Part shown: one piece after another, positions 37,713-47,123 of the stretch
How positions within the stretch are numbered: the stretch's first letter is position 1
Layout of the letters: every line of letters starts with the position of its first letter
Source of the DNA: Candidatus Krumholzibacteriia bacterium
Lineage (GTDB): Bacteria; Krumholzibacteriota; Krumholzibacteriia; LZORAL124-64-63
Assembly: GCA_050174015.1 (NCBI GenBank)
Contig: JBFXKG010000004.1
Location: 128,001-192,000 of the forward strand
Reading direction: 5' to 3'
Length of the DNA: 64,000 bases
Made by a program: the position numbers and the translations under genes
Notes under the pieces: generated by a model
The model's input: the letters and a program-made list of their open reading frames with translations, nothing else
Databases searched by the model: none
What the model was told of the DNA's origin: nothing

Positions 37713-39515
37713 TCATTTGACCAGGATCACGCGGACACCCGCCACCGCCGCGGATCCCTGAACCACGCGCATCAGGTAGGTTCCGCTCGGAACGTTGCGT
37801 CCGGCGGCGTCGCGGCCGTCCCACACCACCTGCATCTCTCCACCGGCCGCCGCGAGTTCCCCCGAACTCCAGACGCGTCGTCCCGCCAGGTCGTACAATT
37901 CGACCCGGCAGGGAGCCGCCTCCGAGGTCTCGAACCGCAGCACAGTGGTCCCGTTGAAGGGGTTGGGGTAGGCGCCCGGATTCACGAGGGACGCCGGGCG
38001 CGAGCCGTCTCCGACCGGACCATCCACCGCCACCACCCCCTCCCGCTCCTCGATGGCGTCGACGGCGATCCAGCCGTCCGGACCGGTCTCCTCGTCCACG
38101 ATCCTCAACCTCACGGTGCGGCCGGTGTGGGCGCGCACGTCCCAGGTCCGCTCGATCAGGGCGGACTGCCCCGACGGATAGATCGTGCCGAGGATCTGGC
38201 CCGTGCCGTCATCGACCAGGGCGACGTGGCAGGTCGCCGGATGGACACCGCCGGCCAGTTGCAGCGTGAAGTGGCCGCCCTCGAGCACGAAGGGCCGCGA
38301 CTCGATGCTGCCGGTGGCCGCGTCGCCGAAGGCCAGGCCCGGCGCGCCGACCCCGCTCAGGGGACCGCCGTAGTTCTCGCCGCTGCCGAACCAGCCGTGC
38401 CCTCGCTGCCGGATCCCGGGATCTCCCCGCAGGGCGGGGTTGTCGCAGAAGGTGGGCGCCGCGAGGCCGGGATCACCGGTGCGCACGGGCCAGTCCGGAC
38501 CCAGGGGATCGGGAGCGAACACCACGGGGGTCATCCCGCCGTCCTCGAAGCGCACGCTGTCCATCCGGGCCGTGACGAACCAGGTCAGATCGCGTGGGTC
38601 CTGGTCCTTGGCCAGGTAGGCGAAGGTCTCGGCGCCCGGAGTGCCCATGAAGTTCTCGATCTCCGGGGCCCAGCCCGACGCGACGTAGGTGCGCCCCGTC
38701 ATGGTCCAGTCCGCAGGATCGGCCGCGACCACGTGGCTGGTGGGGTGGTACTCCAGGGTGAGATCCTGCTCGACGAAGAACAGGTGGTGCCAGCCGTCGC
38801 GCACCAGGTACTGCGGGCTTTCCAGGTCGCGGGTGGCGCCGACGGCGCCGTCGTGGATGAAGAAGACCCCCGCGTCCGACCAGGTCTCCAGATCGGACGA
38901 GACGGCCCGGTGGATGATGCCCCGCCGGTAGCCCGGATACCCGCCCAGGCGCAGGCCCGCCGTCGAGAGCATGTTCCACTGCCCGCCGTCGTGGAAGACG
39001 AAGGGATCCCGGAAGGCGCTCCACGCCTGGTCGGGCGCCCAGTGGTAGGTGAGGGTGTCGGGTTCGAAGACCGGGTTGTTCGCGCTCTTGGTCCAGGCCT
39101 CCAGGTCGTCCGACCAGGCCAGGCAGGGCCGCTGCACCATGTTGGCGCCCACGCCGGTGTAGAGCATGGCCCAGCGGCCGGTGGCCGGATCGTGGACCAC
39201 GTCGGGCGCCCACATGGCGACCTCGTCGTACCAGCCGGGACCCGAGGTCAACACCGGGCCGACGATTCTCCACTCGCGCAGGTCGGTGGACACAGCGTGC
39301 CAGATGGTGTCCGCGTTGGAGGGGAACAAGTCGTCGGGGGGCAGGGTGTGATAGAAGGCGTGGATCTGCCCGCCGTCCTGCACCATGCAGAAATCCCAGA
39401 CCTGGAGCCCGGGATGGACCAGGTAAGGCGATTCGAAGTCGAAGCGCTCGAGCGCGGCCGCAGCCCCCGCGATCGTCAAGGCCAGTGCGGCCAGGATCCA
39501 CCGGATCGTGTTCAT
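37713..39515 (-). CDS. Secreted GH32/GH-J-like five-bladed beta-propeller with FlgD-Ig CTD
   Basis: WDF, HAVSTDL, WAPDV, FRDPFV and LESP motifs; CTD YPNPFN..YDLAGR..WDGRD..SGTY..RVILVK. Confidence 0.75.
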   Translation of the reverse strand: MNTIRWILAALALTIAGAAAALERFDFESPYLVHPGLQVWDFCMVQDGGQIHAFYHTLPPDDLFPSNADTIWHAVSTDLREWRIVGPVLTSGPGWYDEVAMWAPDVVHDPATGRWAMLYTGVGANMVQRPCLAWSDDLEAWTKSANNPVFEPDTLTYHWAPDQAWSAFRDPFVFHDGGQWNMLSTAGLRLGGYPGYRRGIIHRAVSSDLETWSDAGVFFIHDGAVGATRDLESPQYLVRDGWHHLFFVEQDLTLEYHPTSHVVAADPADWTMTGRTYVASGWAPEIENFMGTPGAETFAYLAKDQDPRDLTWFVTARMDSVRFEDGGMTPVVFAPDPLGPDWPVRTGDPGLAAPTFCDNPALRGDPGIRQRGHGWFGSGENYGGPLSGVGAPGLAFGDAATGSIESRPFVLEGGHFTLQLAGGVHPATCHVALVDDGTGQILGTIYPSGQSALIERTWDVRAHTGRTVRLRIVDEETGPDGWIAVDAIEEREGVVAVDGPVGDGSRPASLVNPGAYPNPFNGTTVLRFETSEAAPCRVELYDLAGRRVWSSGELAAAGGEMQVVWDGRDAAGRNVPSGTYLMRVVQGSAAVAGVRVILVK

Positions 39516-39648
39516 GGGCGAGGCTGCCGTCTCCCGGTTCGATGCACGTGCGGCCCGGGACCACCCCGGGCCGTCGATTGGGCCCTCAAATTATACCATT
39601 GATCCATCTTTTTGTCAGATCATGGGACAGCCCCGGACCAACCGGGGA

Positions 39649-41553
39649 TCACCGCAGCCAGTGGACCTTGGCCGTCGCCCGTTGCCCGGCCCCCCGCGCC
39701 TGGACCAGGTAGACCCCGCTCGAGACCCGGCGGCCGGCCGTATCCCTGCCGTCCCATTCCAGGACGTGGACCCCCGTGGACACTTGCGGGCCGGGCGTCA
39801 TACTGCGGATCCGTCGCCCCCGCAGGTCGTAAACCTCCAGAGACACCGGGCCGTCCACCTCGGATGACACCTCCAGGGTGACCACGCCCGTTGGCGCCGT
39901 CTCCGCGTGGAGACGTAAACCCCCGGACCCGGACTGGGCATCCGGCACACCGGACACGACCGCCTGGACCTCGACCGGCCCGACCGAGTGCGAGACCACC
40001 GCCACCCCCGTCCCCGCGTCCCAGTGCCAGCCGTCGGTCCCGCCGGGTTCCTGGGCGAGCTCGGGCAGGGGCGCCCCGCCGGCCACGATCGCGGCCGGCC
40101 TGGCGGCCAGCTTGATCCGCTCGGTGCCCGTCCCCCCGGAGGTGGCGTACCGGACGGCGATTCCCGCCCCCGGATACTCCACCAGGGTCAGGGCCCGGTC
40201 CGCGGCCAGGATGTGGTCCTCCCCGGCCGGGGCCAGGCCGGGCTCCAGTGCCATGATCTCCAGGAAGTACTTGACGGTGTTGAAGTTCTGCTCGTACCAG
40301 CTGTCGACGTTGAAGTACGCCACCAGGTCCTTGACGGTGGTGAACATGCGGCCGTCGGCGGCGATGCCCCGGGTGTTCTGGCCGTGGGAACACACCGCGG
40401 CCATGGCCAGGGCGCGGTCCCGCCAGGCGGGATCCTGCCGGGGGTCGCCCGCGAGGGCCTGGTGCAGCAGCAGCGCGGTACGGGCGTACTGCAGGCTCGA
40501 GGCGTAGGTGGCCTCGGGCCAGCCGGTCCACTCCAGGGTGACCGGAACGTACTGCTGGAAGACCGTGCCCGGCCCCTCGATCAGGTAGCGGGCATCGACC
40601 GTGTCCAGGATGGCCGCCGCCAGATCCTGCCAGCCGGCGGGCCGGCGAGCGATCAATTCGGTGATCATCTCGTGGGCCGAGTAGTGATCCCCCAGCCCGG
40701 TCTGCATCTCGGGGGACTGGTCCTCGTAGAAGCCCTCCCAGCGCATGTAAGACGGCGAGGCGGCGTTCCCGGGGTTGGCCAGCAGCCAGGCCCAGGCGCG
40801 GTCGCGGGCCAGGGCGTATCCCGGGTCGCCGGTGCGTTCGACCATCTCGGCGAAGAACCGCACCGCCGGCTGCAGGTGGCTGGTGTAGTCCTGGGTCACC
40901 GTCCCGTCGGCGGGAACGGCGCGGAACGGCCAGCGTCCCTCGTCCTGGGGTCCCCCGGTCATCTGGGTGGCCGCCATGACCGCGGCGATCTCCAGGGCCC
41001 CGTCCAGGTAGGCCTGCTCGCCGGTGATGTCGTGCAGCCGCAACAGGCGCAGGCCGAACATGGGCGGCTTGTCCAGCATGTTGGCCGCACCGTCCCAGCC
41101 CCCGCCCATGATCGCGTCGGTCTGGGTGCTGTAGGGCAGGTTCCCGTACAGGTCGCCGGCGGGAGTGCGATGTTCGAGGATCCAGTCCGCGTACTGCCGC
41201 GCGCGGGTCAACCCTTCGGGGTCGCCCGACCACCGCCGCCAGTCCAGGAACGCGTCGATGGCCACGCTGGCGGTGTAGGCCGGATAGCTGACCGACAGGT
41301 AACCCGGGTAGCCCGTCAGGCTGCTCCACAGCCCGTTCCCGTCCCGGATGGCGTAATGGTAGAAGTAGGGCGGCACCGGATAGCCCGCCGGATCGTCGTC
41401 GTTGGTGCGAATCCCGTCGATGCCCACGTCCGAGACCAGGAAGGCCATCACCTCGGCCACCACATCGGCGTAGGGCTTGGCGGGGGCCACGTCCGCGCGG
41501 GCGCACCAGGGCCCGAGGCACACGGCGAGGATGATCCAGGCTATCCGGGGCAT
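39649..41553 (-). CDS. Secreted alpha/alpha-toroid (six-hairpin glycosidase-like) protein with FlgD-Ig CTD, function unknown
   Basis: Signal peptide; helical repeats LLRLHDITGEQAYLDGA and ERTGDPGYALARDRAWAW; CTD YDLRGRR..WDGRD..SSGVY..KVHWLR. Confidence 0.65.
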   Translation of the reverse strand: MPRIAWIILAVCLGPWCARADVAPAKPYADVVAEVMAFLVSDVGIDGIRTNDDDPAGYPVPPYFYHYAIRDGNGLWSSLTGYPGYLSVSYPAYTASVAIDAFLDWRRWSGDPEGLTRARQYADWILEHRTPAGDLYGNLPYSTQTDAIMGGGWDGAANMLDKPPMFGLRLLRLHDITGEQAYLDGALEIAAVMAATQMTGGPQDEGRWPFRAVPADGTVTQDYTSHLQPAVRFFAEMVERTGDPGYALARDRAWAWLLANPGNAASPSYMRWEGFYEDQSPEMQTGLGDHYSAHEMITELIARRPAGWQDLAAAILDTVDARYLIEGPGTVFQQYVPVTLEWTGWPEATYASSLQYARTALLLHQALAGDPRQDPAWRDRALAMAAVCSHGQNTRGIAADGRMFTTVKDLVAYFNVDSWYEQNFNTVKYFLEIMALEPGLAPAGEDHILAADRALTLVEYPGAGIAVRYATSGGTGTERIKLAARPAAIVAGGAPLPELAQEPGGTDGWHWDAGTGVAVVSHSVGPVEVQAVVSGVPDAQSGSGGLRLHAETAPTGVVTLEVSSEVDGPVSLEVYDLRGRRIRSMTPGPQVSTGVHVLEWDGRDTAGRRVSSGVYLVQARGAGQRATAKVHWLR

Positions 41554-41828
41554 GTCCGGCGATTCCCATCGGTTGAAGGATGTGGCGATCATCCGACATT
41601 ATACATCATTTTTCGTCCTGAATCATCCCCGGGGCGGGAGAAGAGCGATTGCGGGGGCCGGCGGAGGATTCCCAAACACCCGCCCGTGGGTTATCATCCC
41701 GACCGGGTTCCTTGACTTGAACAGCCGTTCACATCATCGTTGTTGCATAGATTTTTATCAGCCCCGGGGACCGGCGCCCTTCCAGGCCCGACCCGCCTCC
41801 GTTCGCTTCCTAACGCCGAGGGAATGAC

Positions 41829-44057
41829 ATGGCCTCTTCCAAGATCATCTGGACCAAGATCGATGAAGCTCCCGCCCTGGCCACCTACGCCCTGCTGCCC
41901 ATCGTGCGGGCCTTCACCCGGGGCACCGGGGTCGAGGTCGAGACCCGGGACATCTCCCTGGCGGGCCGCATCATCGCCAACTTCCCCGACCGGCTGACCG
42001 ATGCGCAGAAGATCCCCGACCATCTGGCCGAGCTCGGCGACCTGGCCAAGAGGCCCGAGGCCAACATCCTCAAGCTGCCGAACGTCAGCGCTTCGGTTCC
42101 CCAGCTGCAGGCGGCCATCAAGGAGCTGCAGGACCACGGCTACGACATCCCCGACTATCCCGAGGAGCCGAAGACCGACCAGGAGAAGGCCCTGCAGGCC
42201 CGCTTCGCCAAGGTGCTCGGGTCGGCCGTGAATCCGGTGCTCCGCGAGGGGAACGCCGACCGGCGCGCCGCGGCTTCGGTCAAGAAGTTCGCCCGGAAGA
42301 ACCCCCACAGGATGATGAAGCCCTGGCCCGAGGGCGGTTCGAAGTGCCGCGTGGCCCACATGACCGGCAAGGATTTCTACGGCACCGAGACCTCCACCAC
42401 CGTCGAGCGGCCCACCGAGGTGCGGATCGAGTTCCAGGGCGCGGACGGCAAGACCGCCGTCATGAAGGACAAGCTGGGGCTCCTCGCAGGCGAGGTCATC
42501 GACGCGAGCGTGATGAACGTGGCCGCCCTGCGGGAGTTCTACGCCGAATCCATCGCCGCCGCGAAGCAGGAGGGCACGTTGCTGTCCCTCCATCTGAAGG
42601 CCACGATGATGAAGGTCTCCGACCCCGTCATGTTCGGCCACTGCGTGTCGGTCTTCTTCAAGGATGCGCTGGAGAAGCACGCCGGCGTCCTGAAGGAAGT
42701 CGGCGCCAACGTGAACAACGGCCTGGCCGGCGTGCTCGAGAAGCTGGACAAGCTGCCGGCCGACAGGAAGGCGGAGATCGAGACCGACATCCAGGCCTGC
42801 TACGCCAAGGGCCCCGCCCTGGCCATGGTCGATTCGCGCAAGGGCATCACCAACCTGCACGTTCCCAACAACGTGATCATCGACGCCTCGATGCCCAACG
42901 TCGTGCGCGACGGCGGCAGGATGTGGAACGCCGCCGACGAGCTGCAGGACACAGTCGCGATGATCCCCGACCGCTGCTACGCCACCATGTACCAGGCCAT
43001 CATCGAGGACTGCCGGAAGCACGGGCAGTTCGATCCGTCCACCATGGGCAACGTCGCCAACGTCGGCCTGATGGCCCAGAAGGCCGAGGAGTACGGCTCC
43101 CACGACAAGACCTTCATCGCCCCCGCCGACGGCGTCTTCAAGATCATCGACGCGGCCGGCGCGGTCCTGCTCGAGCAGGCCGTCGAACCCGGCGACATCT
43201 TCCGCATGTGCCAGGCCAAGGACGTGCCCATCGCCGACTGGGTGAAGCTCGCGGTGAGCCGCGCCCGGGCCACCGGCAACCCCGCGGTCTTCTGGCTGGA
43301 CGAGGAACGCGGCCACGACGCCCAGATCATCAGGAAGGTCCGGCAGTACCTGCCGCAGCACGACACGTCGGGGCTGGAGATCCACGTCATGAACCCCGTG
43401 GACGCGATGAACTTCACGGTCGAGCGCATCCGCCGCGGCCTGGACACCATCTCGGTCACCGGCAACGTGCTGCGCGACTACCTGACCGACCTGTTCCCCA
43501 TCCTCGAGCTGGGCACCAGCGCGCGGATGCTGTCCATCGTGCCCCTGCTCGACGGCGGCGGCCTGTTCGAGACCGGCGCCGGCGGCTCGGCTCCCAAGCA
43601 CGTCGAGCAGTTCCTGCGCGAGGGGCACCTGCGCTGGGACTCCCTCGGCGAGTACTGCGCCCTGGTCCCCTCGTTCGAGCTGATCGCCGAGCAGACCGGC
43701 AGCGCCAAGGCCGCCCTGCTGGCCGAGACCCTGGACCAGGCCATCGGCAGCTACCTGGAGAACGGCCGCTATCCCTCGCGCAAGGTGAACGAGATCGATA
43801 ACCGCGGCAGCACCTTCTACCTGGCGCTGTACTGGGCCCAGGCCCTGGCCGCCCAGGACAAGGACCCCGAGCTGAAGGCCCGCTTCGCCCCCGTCGCCGC
43901 GGCTTTGACAGCGAACCAGGAGAAGATCGCGGCGGAACTGCTGGCCGCCCAGGGCAAGCCGGTGGACGTCGGCGGGTACTTCCACCCCGACGACGCCAAG
44001 GCCGACCGGGCCATGCGGCCCAGCCCGACCTTCAACGCCGTGATCGACGCGCTTTAG
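41829..44057 (+). CDS. icd: Monomeric NADP-dependent isocitrate dehydrogenase
   Basis: 742 aa; [39 protein letters not shown] and [14 protein letters not shown] motifs. Confidence 0.98.
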   Translation: MASSKIIWTKIDEAPALATYALLPIVRAFTRGTGVEVETRDISLAGRIIANFPDRLTDAQKIPDHLAELGDLAKRPEANILKLPNVSASVPQLQAAIKELQDHGYDIPDYPEEPKTDQEKALQARFAKVLGSAVNPVLREGNADRRAAASVKKFARKNPHRMMKPWPEGGSKCRVAHMTGKDFYGTETSTTVERPTEVRIEFQGADGKTAVMKDKLGLLAGEVIDASVMNVAALREFYAESIAAAKQEGTLLSLHLKATMMKVSDPVMFGHCVSVFFKDALEKHAGVLKEVGANVNNGLAGVLEKLDKLPADRKAEIETDIQACYAKGPALAMVDSRKGITNLHVPNNVIIDASMPNVVRDGGRMWNAADELQDTVAMIPDRCYATMYQAIIEDCRKHGQFDPSTMGNVANVGLMAQKAEEYGSHDKTFIAPADGVFKIIDAAGAVLLEQAVEPGDIFRMCQAKDVPIADWVKLAVSRARATGNPAVFWLDEERGHDAQIIRKVRQYLPQHDTSGLEIHVMNPVDAMNFTVERIRRGLDTISVTGNVLRDYLTDLFPILELGTSARMLSIVPLLDGGGLFETGAGGSAPKHVEQFLREGHLRWDSLGEYCALVPSFELIAEQTGSAKAALLAETLDQAIGSYLENGRYPSRKVNEIDNRGSTFYLALYWAQALAAQDKDPELKARFAPVAAALTANQEKIAAELLAAQGKPVDVGGYFHPDDAKADRAMRPSPTFNAVIDAL

Positions 44058-44084
44058 ACCCGGGGATCACCCCCCGGACGGAAA

Positions 44085-44118
44085 CGGCCTCCCCCGGCAT
44101 GGGGGAGGCCGCTCGTTT
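44085..44118. terminator. Hairpin terminator after icd (convergent genes)
   Basis: CGGCCTCCCCC-GGCAT-GGGGGAGGCCG, flanked by AAA and TTT. Confidence 0.65.
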
Positions 44119-44143
44119 CATCCCGCATCGACGCCGCCGGCGA

Positions 44144-45319
44144 TCAATCGCCCGGGTCGGCCGCCCCGTCCTCGAGCGCATCCAGCACGGGAGGAAGGTC
44201 GAGGTCTCCGGGAGACCGCTCCAGGATGCGGGCGAACCGTTCCAGTTCGGGAGTGATGGTCTTGTCGATGTACTTGCCGAGCATCAGCCGGACCAGGGCC
44301 CCGTAAGCCGGGCGGAACTTGATGGTGTCGCCGACCCGCAGGCCCGCGGGATTGTCGGCGACGTTGACGACCGAGAGGTCGCTGCTGGCCCCCACGATGC
44401 GGTAGCGCGGGTCCAGAGGCGTCAAGCCGCGGATGTCCGTATCCAGCTGGCCGACCGTCACCACCGCCCGGTATCCCCGCTGGCCGGGCTCGTGCTCCCC
44501 GGAGTCCAGATCCTCGAAGGGGGCCATGTCCGCCGTCTCCCCCAGGGGGATCAGGCTCTTCTCCTTGATCTCCACCACCTCGACCTCCAGGGTCATGGCG
44601 TCGTCCCGCAGCCCCTGCAGGGTGCCGCCCCCCACGAGATCCGTCCCGAGGAAGACCGATTCCCCCACCCGGAAATGATTGATGCTGCGGGGAACCTTCC
44701 CGTCCCGCAGCAGGGGCAGCACGGCGCTCGTCCCGGCGGAGATCATGGGCAGGGGCCTCTTGAACTTCAGCTCGAGCAGCTCGCGGTAGAGAGCCAGCTG
44801 ACTGAACTGGTCGATGCTCGGAACCATGCCCGAGAGGCAACCGAGATTACTCCCGATGCCCTGGACCTGGACGTGGCTCAGATCGAAGACCTTTTCGTAG
44901 AAGTCGATCAATCCGCTCGGCAGCACCCCTTCCCGGAGGTCCCCCAGCTCGATCATCACGATGATCCGGTGGATCCGATCCTGGCGCCGCGCGGCCTCGT
45001 TGAGGGCGAGGATCACCCCGGTCTCGCTGTTCAACGAGACGTCGCTGAGAGCCACGATGTTGTCGATCTGCGGCAGGTGGGGCAGGCGCAGGTACCAGGT
45101 CTCGATGTCCCCGTCCAGGGCGGCCACCTCCCCGAGGTTCGCCAGCCGGGAGTCGGCCATGGACCGGACACCCATGGCCTTCAGGGCGGACAGCGTCTCC
45201 CGGTGTCCGCAGAGGGCCTTGGTGACCAGCGTCCACGAAGCCTGGTGATCGGTCACCCAGCCGTCGATGGTGTAGATGTTGTGCCGGAGGGCCTCCAGAT
45301 CGATGGTCAACCTGTTCAC
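44144..45319 (-). CDS. Alanine/ornithine racemase-family PLP enzyme (Orr/YhfX-like)
   Basis: VTK (PLP Lys), ADSR, LNSE, MIELGDLREG, NLGC, FRVGE, EIKEKS and GASSD motifs; GTGA overlap with the GNAT gene. Confidence 0.85.
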   Translation of the reverse strand: MNRLTIDLEALRHNIYTIDGWVTDHQASWTLVTKALCGHRETLSALKAMGVRSMADSRLANLGEVAALDGDIETWYLRLPHLPQIDNIVALSDVSLNSETGVILALNEAARRQDRIHRIIVMIELGDLREGVLPSGLIDFYEKVFDLSHVQVQGIGSNLGCLSGMVPSIDQFSQLALYRELLELKFKRPLPMISAGTSAVLPLLRDGKVPRSINHFRVGESVFLGTDLVGGGTLQGLRDDAMTLEVEVVEIKEKSLIPLGETADMAPFEDLDSGEHEPGQRGYRAVVTVGQLDTDIRGLTPLDPRYRIVGASSDLSVVNVADNPAGLRVGDTIKFRPAYGALVRLMLGKYIDKTITPELERFARILERSPGDLDLPPVLDALEDGAADPGD

Positions 45320-45786
45320 GAGGACGGCTCCCACCGCATCTCGGCGTACTTCGAGACGAACCCCATCCGCTCGTAGAGCCGCTTCGCCGGGTTGTCGTAT
45401 TCCACGTGGAGCTTGACCGGGCCGTCGCATTCGGCCAGCGAGCGTTCGATGAGCCGCCGGCCGATGCCGCCGCCGCGGGCATCCGGCTGCACGCTGACGA
45501 AGAGCAGGACCCACCGGGGGATGTACCCGCCCATGCCCGAGTCGAGCATGGTCAGGGCGCCCAGCAGCTTCTCGTCCTCGTGGGCGAGCATCACGAATCC
45601 TGCGCGACCGGGATCCAGGGCGTAGTCCAGCGCCGAGGCGACGTCCTCCGGCGTGTCGTGATAGGGTTTCATGGTCTCCTTGAAGAACCTGATCAGGTCG
45701 GGGCGCCCGGCCCAGCGGGGAAAATCGGTGTTCGCGGTGATCTTCAGGAAGGTAAGATCCGCCTCGGGATTTGCGTCCTCCGGCAT
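45316..45786 (-). CDS. GNAT family N-acetyltransferase
   Basis: AAGGAG RBS; ARGGGIGRRL (acetyl-CoA motif) and NPAKRLYERMGF. Confidence 0.88.
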   Translation of the reverse strand: MPEDANPEADLTFLKITANTDFPRWAGRPDLIRFFKETMKPYHDTPEDVASALDYALDPGRAGFVMLAHEDEKLLGALTMLDSGMGGYIPRWVLLFVSVQPDARGGGIGRRLIERSLAECDGPVKLHVEYDNPAKRLYERMGFVSKYAEMRWEPSS

Positions 45787-45917
45787 GTTGTTGCTCCTTG
45801 TCGGGAAGAGGAAACGAGTGAAGGGGACAAGACCCAACATAGCAGGATTCCGCGCCACATCAACCCGCGCACGTCCTGCCGGCCGCTTCCCGCGGCCGCA
45901 CGACCGGGAGAAGCATC

Positions 45918-47081
45918 ATCGTCCAGCACGCCTGCCGCATCGAACTGAGCGAATCCGCCCTGTGCCGCAACCTGCGATTCCTGCGCCGTCAGATCGGGAC
46001 CGGGGTCCGCCTGGTGTCCGTCGTGAAGGCCAACGCCTACGGCCACGGGCTGGGCGTCTTCATCCCCCTGGCGGAGAGGTGCGGCCAGCGGGAGTTCGCC
46101 GTGTTCTCCGCAACCGAAGCCGCCGCGGTCATCGACGCCCGGACGCACCCCGGCACCCGGGTCATGGTCATGGGGCACATCGCGAACGGGGATCTCGACT
46201 GGGCCATCGCCAACGACGTGGCCTTCTACGTCTTCAACCTGCACCGGCTCGACGGGGCCCTCAGGGCCGCGCAACGGGTCGGCCGGCCCGCCCGGATCCA
46301 TCTCGAACTGGAGACCGGGCTGCACCGCACCGGGTTCACCTCACGCACGCTTCCGGCCGCACTGAAACGGATCGCCGCCGCCGCCGACCTCCTCCGGGTG
46401 GAGGGCGTGTGCACGCACTTCGCCGGGGCCGAATCCCTGGCCAACCACTACAGGATCAGGCGGCAGATCGAGACCTTCGCCTCGCTGACCGGAGTCATGC
46501 AAAGCCACGCCGTGCCGCTGGGCGCCCGGCACAGCGCCTGCTCGGCGGCCGCCCTGAACTACCCCGAGACCCGGATGGACCTGGTGCGGATCGGCATCGC
46601 CCAGTACGGATACTGGCCCAGCCAGGAATCCCGCCTGGAATTCCTGCGAAGGTGCGGGCTCCGCCGCAACACCTCGCCCCTCGAACGGATCCTGTCCTGG
46701 AAGAGCCGGGTCATGGACCTCAAGTCCGTGCCGGCCGGGGAGTACGTGGGCTACGGCAACCTCTATCTCACCACCCGCCGGCAGCGCCTGGCCGCCGTCC
46801 CCACCGGATACCACCACGGATTCGCCCGCAACCTGAGCAACCTCGGCCACGTGCTGATCCGCGGCCACCGTTGCCCCGTCGCCGGGGTGGTCAACATGAA
46901 CATGCTGACCGCCGACGTCACCGACGCTCCCGGCGTGGCGATCGGCGACGAGGTGGTCCTGATCGGGGTTCAGGGCCGCCAGGAGGTCACCGTTGGCGCG
47001 TTCGGGGAGATGGCCCGGGACCTGAACTACGAGGTCCTCGTGCGCCTGCCCGCCGAGATCCCCCGGATCGTCGTCGGCTGA
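45918..47081 (+). CDS. alr: Alanine racemase family enzyme (probable non-canonical ATC start)
   Basis: RIELSESALCRNL..VVKANAYGHG, ETGLHRTG, THFA, VRIGI, VGYG and NYE motifs. No ATG/GTG/TTG lies upstream of the conserved N-terminal segment; GGGAG sits 7 nt before ATC 45918. Confidence 0.85.
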   Translation: MVQHACRIELSESALCRNLRFLRRQIGTGVRLVSVVKANAYGHGLGVFIPLAERCGQREFAVFSATEAAAVIDARTHPGTRVMVMGHIANGDLDWAIANDVAFYVFNLHRLDGALRAAQRVGRPARIHLELETGLHRTGFTSRTLPAALKRIAAAADLLRVEGVCTHFAGAESLANHYRIRRQIETFASLTGVMQSHAVPLGARHSACSAAALNYPETRMDLVRIGIAQYGYWPSQESRLEFLRRCGLRRNTSPLERILSWKSRVMDLKSVPAGEYVGYGNLYLTTRRQRLAAVPTGYHHGFARNLSNLGHVLIRGHRCPVAGVVNMNMLTADVTDAPGVAIGDEVVLIGVQGRQEVTVGAFGEMARDLNYEVLVRLPAEIPRIVVG

Positions 47082-47123
47082 GCGCCCTGCGGCCCGCGGC
47101 TTCGGGGCGGCCTCGCCGCGCGC

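Noticed and set aside
41716..41730. LexA-like TGAAC-N4-GTTCA upstream of icd
   Set aside because: Short single palindrome in an implausible SOS context; the regulator cannot be assigned.
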